From the NCBI GenBank assembly GCA_001804285.1, contig MHFR01000013.1, positions 8,920 through 72,919 on the forward strand: DNA of 64,000 nt, written 5' to 3'. Both the position numbers and the translations under genes were made by a program. Position 1 is the first letter of the stretch. Every line of letters begins with the position of its first letter. Below, in pieces: positions 60,606 to 64,000 of this stretch. Under the pieces are notes generated by a model. That model saw nothing but the letters and a program-made list of their open reading frames with translations, had not been told where the DNA came from and ran no database searches. This DNA is from Candidatus Danuiimicrobium aquiferis. GTDB taxonomy: Bacteria > Omnitrophota > Omnitrophia > Omnitrophales > Danuiimicrobiaceae.

Positions 60606-61916
60606 ATGAAAATAACGGAAATGAAATATAAAGTAGCAGATATTTCGCTCGCCGACTGGGGACGGAAAGAAATTGATATGGCAGAGAAAGAAATGCCAGG
60701 GCTGATGGCGCTCCGAGGAAAATATGGGAAATTAAAGCCCTTGAAAGGAGCGCGTGTTGCCGGTTGCCTGCATATGACCATTCAAACGGCGGTGCTGATT
60801 GAAACGCTCATTGAGTTGGGCGCAGAAATCAGATGGTCATCCTGCAATATTTTCTCTACTCAGGACCATGCCGCTGCCGCGATTGCTGCTCGTGGGATTC
60901 CCGTGTTTGCTTGGAAGGGCGAAACCCTTGAAGAATATGACTGGTGTATTGAGCAAACGATTCATTGGCCGGATGGAAAAGGTCCGAACATGATTGTCGA
61001 TGACGGCGGAGATTTGACGCGAATGCTGCATGAAGATCGGTTCGCAAATTTAATGAAAGATGTTCTCGGGATTTCGGAAGAAACAACAACGGGTGTTCAT
61101 GCCCTCCACCGGATGGAAACGGACGGAAAACTCAAGTGTCCCGCATTTAATGTAAATGATTCGGCGACGAAATCGAAATTTGATAATTTGTATGGTTGCC
61201 GTGAATCGCTTGCGGACGGAATTAAGCGGGCAACGGATGTGATGGTTGCCGGAAAAGTGGTGGTCGTAGCCGGTTATGGTGAGGTCGGAAAAGGATGCGC
61301 TCAATCGATGAAAGGGTTTGGTGCGCGAGTATTAATTACGGAAATTGACCCGATTTGCGCGCTCCAAGCGGCGATGGAAGGTTATGAAGTGACAACCATG
61401 AGTGAAGCGGTTAAAGAGGCGGATATCTTTGTCACGGCAACGGGAAATTGCGATATCGTTACCATTGAACATATGAAACGAATGAAGGATGAAGCGATTG
61501 TTTGCAATATCGGGCATTTTGATATTGAAATTGATGTTGCGTCGCTTGAAGGATTTCCGGGGATCAAGAAACTCAATATCAAGCCGCAGGTCGATAAGTA
61601 TATTTTTCCCGACGGACATTGCATTATATTGCTTGCGTCCGGCCGACTGGTGAATTTGGGTTGTGCAACAGGACATCCTTCTTTCGTGATGAGTACTTCT
61701 TTTACGAATCAGGTTCTTGCACAGATTGAATTGTTTGCGAACCGCCAAAAGTATGAAAATAAAGTTTACCGGCTGCCGAAACAATTGGATGAAGAAGTTG
61801 CGCGTCTTCATTTGGGGAAACTCGGAGTAAAACTTGAAGTGCTTACCGACAAGCAAGCGCAATATTTGGGAGTTCTAAAGAAGGGGCCGTTCAAGCCTGA
61901 GCATTATCGATATTAA
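60606..61916 (+). CDS. ahcY: Adenosylhomocysteinase
   Basis: [18 protein letters not shown]-binding GYGEVGKG, 436 aa. Confidence 0.92.
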   Translation: MKITEMKYKVADISLADWGRKEIDMAEKEMPGLMALRGKYGKLKPLKGARVAGCLHMTIQTAVLIETLIELGAEIRWSSCNIFSTQDHAAAAIAARGIPVFAWKGETLEEYDWCIEQTIHWPDGKGPNMIVDDGGDLTRMLHEDRFANLMKDVLGISEETTTGVHALHRMETDGKLKCPAFNVNDSATKSKFDNLYGCRESLADGIKRATDVMVAGKVVVVAGYGEVGKGCAQSMKGFGARVLITEIDPICALQAAMEGYEVTTMSEAVKEADIFVTATGNCDIVTIEHMKRMKDEAIVCNIGHFDIEIDVASLEGFPGIKKLNIKPQVDKYIFPDGHCIILLASGRLVNLGCATGHPSFVMSTSFTNQVLAQIELFANRQKYENKVYRLPKQLDEEVARLHLGKLGVKLEVLTDKQAQYLGVLKKGPFKPEHYRY

Positions 61917-61943
61917 GTTTTAAGTTTAACATTCAACGCTATT

Positions 61944-63038
61944 TTAATCGTTTGCGCGTTCCATGAAAAAAAATGCGCCACTCGCAAACGCGAAAGTGGG
62001 TCCCCACGCGCTAACCATCGAAAAAAGTTTTCCCGCTTTCCCCATCGCGAGCATAACAGCTCCAAGTACGTGATAAAGGAAAATGACTCCGATGCAAATA
62101 AGGATGTTCATCGCAATGGTTCGACGTGTTGCTGTTTTGGCGAGAATCGGAATCGTTAGAAGTATGACCACAAAACTTTGCCATGGGGCAGCTAATTTAT
62201 ATTGGAGATCGACGGCTTCTGACGAAAGTCTAACCCCGTTTTCTTTCATTTTTTTGATATATTCTTTTAATTCATGATAACTGATGTTTTCACTTTCTCT
62301 CACGGCTTTAATGAATTCTTCCGGAGTCTCTTGAATTTCCGGATAAACGGCTGTCCGTGCAAATACGGGTTCGCCCATCATCTGTGTCGAACGGTCAACG
62401 CTGTAATCAGTTGCCTGATGCAATTCCCATTCTGAACCGGTCCAGATTGCTTTTTGAGCGGTGGTTTTTTTCTTGACCTGCTTATGATCATCCAGCCAAA
62501 GAATGATGAAGTCGGATAGTTGTTTAATTTCGGGATCAAAAGATCTTGCAAAATAAAGCCGGTTCCCGCCGCCGAAATACGTGACATTACTAAAAATTTC
62601 GCGTTGATTTGCAGACTCTTTCTTTTCAATTTCTTTTTCTAAAATGGAGGTTGCCAGGCGGCTTGTGGTAGGGACTATTTTGTCGTTGACGATAAATGCT
62701 ATGACGCCGATTCCAAGCCCGACAAATAAAATTGGGCGGATAATTGAAGTAATTTCGAGTCCGCAGACTTTCATGGCCGTAATTTCATTATGGAAGTTGA
62801 GATTTGAGAGAACAAACATGGTGGCTAGTAATGAAGCCCATGAAATGATTGACGCAAACGTTTGCGGAGTGATTAAAATGTAGTATTGCAGGATATGAAT
62901 CATATCTGCTTTGTTTTTCAGCATATCATCTAATTTGTCAAAAAGATCTGCCACAAACACGAGAAAAATCAATGTGAAGGTGCAAAAAATAATTGGAATT
63001 AATAATTGTTTAAACAAGTAACGGTCCAAGGTTTTCAT
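61944..63038 (-). CDS. LptF/LptG-family LPS export permease (YjgP/YjgQ)
   Basis: MKTLDRYLFKQLL N-terminus; six TM segments with a periplasmic beta-jellyroll insert. Confidence 0.8.
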   Translation of the reverse strand: MKTLDRYLFKQLLIPIIFCTFTLIFLVFVADLFDKLDDMLKNKADMIHILQYYILITPQTFASIISWASLLATMFVLSNLNFHNEITAMKVCGLEITSIIRPILFVGLGIGVIAFIVNDKIVPTTSRLATSILEKEIEKKESANQREIFSNVTYFGGGNRLYFARSFDPEIKQLSDFIILWLDDHKQVKKKTTAQKAIWTGSEWELHQATDYSVDRSTQMMGEPVFARTAVYPEIQETPEEFIKAVRESENISYHELKEYIKKMKENGVRLSSEAVDLQYKLAAPWQSFVVILLTIPILAKTATRRTIAMNILICIGVIFLYHVLGAVMLAMGKAGKLFSMVSAWGPTFAFASGAFFFMERAND

Positions 63039-63781
63039 ATGGTTTGAGCCCGTGCCAAAGTGAAAAAGTCAACTCGCGCCGCACCATGCTCTTTCAGCAA
63101 TTTCGCGCATTCGTTCAGGGTGCTTCCTGTGGTAATGATATCATCTACGAGCAGGACGCTTTTATTTTGAATGGATTTTGAATTCCGGACAGAAAAAGCA
63201 TTTTTAAGATTGTGCAGCCGTTCAAGGCGATGAAGTTGACTTTGAGGTTTTGTTATTTTATTTTTTTTGAGTAATTTTTTGACCGGAATTTTTAACCCCA
63301 TTTGCCGGATCAGCATATGTGCAATTAAATCTGCCTGATTAAATTCCCGATCATGTTCGCGCCTTGAATCCAGGGGGACAGGGATAATCATATCGTAACT
63401 TGCCATGGTTTCGTCTTGCGAAAACTTTTTTACATTAACGCGAAAGGCGTCGAACAGCCACGGCTTTTTTTGGAATTTAGCTTGATGAAAGATTTCTTTT
63501 GACTGGTCATCATACGAAATTAAGGAGAATCCCCGATCGAAATACGGCCGGTTTGACCGGCAAGATTGGCACAGAACCGTTGAGGGCCCGTAAGCCGGTA
63601 ATGGATGCGAGCACCTTCTGCAGCAGGGTGCTTGGATAGGAGTTATTTTTTTCTCGCATGAATAGCAAATATGAGTTTCATCAAGCGAAAGCACTTTTTG
63701 GCAGATTGCGCAGTAAGGCGGATAGAGGAATCTCACAAAACTTCGAACGTAATAGGTTATTTCTGTAGCAAGGCTAAACAT
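63035..63781 (-). CDS. comF: ComF family phosphoribosyltransferase-like competence protein
   Basis: N-terminal double CxxC zinc motif; PRTase motif LLVDDIITTGSTL. Confidence 0.8.
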   Translation of the reverse strand: MFSLATEITYYVRSFVRFLYPPYCAICQKVLSLDETHICYSCEKKITPIQAPCCRRCSHPLPAYGPSTVLCQSCRSNRPYFDRGFSLISYDDQSKEIFHQAKFQKKPWLFDAFRVNVKKFSQDETMASYDMIIPVPLDSRREHDREFNQADLIAHMLIRQMGLKIPVKKLLKKNKITKPQSQLHRLERLHNLKNAFSVRNSKSIQNKSVLLVDDIITTGSTLNECAKLLKEHGAARVDFFTLARAQTI

Positions 63782-63883
63782 AATGCTGTACTATAATGGA
63801 TTGTCAAGATACTGTCAATGACGAGACGACAAGAATGGTGTCCTATCTTGTGAATTTAGAATCATTTACGGCGGTTGTCTGTC

Positions 63884-63911
63884 TTGACAAAAAAACGGAA
63901 GAACGTATAAT
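63884..63911 (+). promoter_or_regulatory. Sigma70-like promoter for rpsU (TTGACA-16-TATAAT)
   Basis: ttgaca at 63884-63889 and tataat at 63906-63911; RBS aaaggtgg 6 nt before the GTG start. Confidence 0.45.
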
Positions 63912-63943
63912 ATTCAAAACTTAAAATTAGAAAGGTGGTTAAA

Positions 63944-64000
63944 GTGACTGAAGTTCGTGTAGGAGAAAATGAGCCACTCGATAAAGCATTAAGGCGTCTT
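63944..64000 (+). CDS. rpsU: 30S ribosomal protein S21 (N-terminal fragment; window ends)
   Basis: VTEVRVGENEPLDKALRRL matches the conserved S21 N-terminus. Confidence 0.7.
   Translation, partial: MTEVRVGENEPLDKALRRL

Noticed and set aside
61332-61862. 176 aa minus-strand ORF antisense to ahcY, and 20157-20816 antisense to aroC
   Set aside because: Both lie within strongly conserved housekeeping genes on the opposite strand, with no independent evidence.

Overview
This 64 kb window is chromosomal DNA from a diderm (LPS-producing) bacterium. Almost every gene is on the plus strand, and I cannot assign a taxon from the sequence. Gene calls rest on conserved motifs read directly from the six-frame translations; no database search was possible.

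Genes in order:
- valS (5' end cut by the window edge), nadC, uvrB, eda (KDPG aldolase), an amylo-1,6-glucosidase-type glycogen debranching enzyme, and two tandem secreted alpha/beta-hydrolase paralogues.
- A branched-chain amino-acid block: ilvB, ilvH, ilvC, leuA.
- One IS110-family insertion sequence.
- Shikimate-pathway and pilus genes: aroE, prepilin peptidase, aroC, aroK, aroB.
- dprA, an RDD-family membrane protein, an acidic hypothetical protein, topA, and a XerC/D tyrosine recombinase.
- A roughly 24 kb LPS core, KDO, lipid A and Lpt supercluster (28.7-52.6 kb): waaA, lpxK, an LpxL acyltransferase fused to an ELM1/GtrOC1-like glycosyltransferase domain, a GT4-GT9 fusion plus four more tandem GT9 heptosyltransferases, a DUF3108 lipoprotein, a polysaccharide deacetylase, then (after rmuC, an RRM protein, minus-strand metF and a YHS-like gene) heptose-7-phosphate kinase, kdsB, pyrG, kdsA, kdsD, a second lpxL, an LptC/LptA-like protein and lptB.
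- A PTS-Ntr/HprK regulatory cluster that lacks rpoN: ptsN, hprK, a membrane-anchored YvcK-like protein, HPr and ptsI.
- A PGI/PMI-type isomerase and a sugar-1-phosphate nucleotidyltransferase, metK, ahcY, minus-strand lptF/G-family permease and comF, and the start of rpsU with a sigma70-like promoter.

Repeats:
- Family A: hairpin units GTCATYCCCGC-loop-GCGGGRATC, present as six intergenic clusters plus one copy inside valS.
- Family B: a GGATCC-centred palindrome CTGGCGGATCCGCC..TGGCGGAG, four copies.
- Family C: a roughly 100-120 bp MITE-like element with CCAATGACC terminal inverted repeats, two copies.
- Family D: a 22-30 bp perfect palindrome used as a terminator, two copies.

Most notable observations:
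- A family B plus family A unit is inserted in-frame, as 17 codons, inside valS.
- The IS110-family element has split a family A hairpin unit exactly, and intact copies of the same target core lie nearby in the window.
- The unusual glycosyltransferase fusions and the five-fold GT9 expansion suggest an atypical LPS core.

No CRISPR array, rRNA or tRNA was seen.
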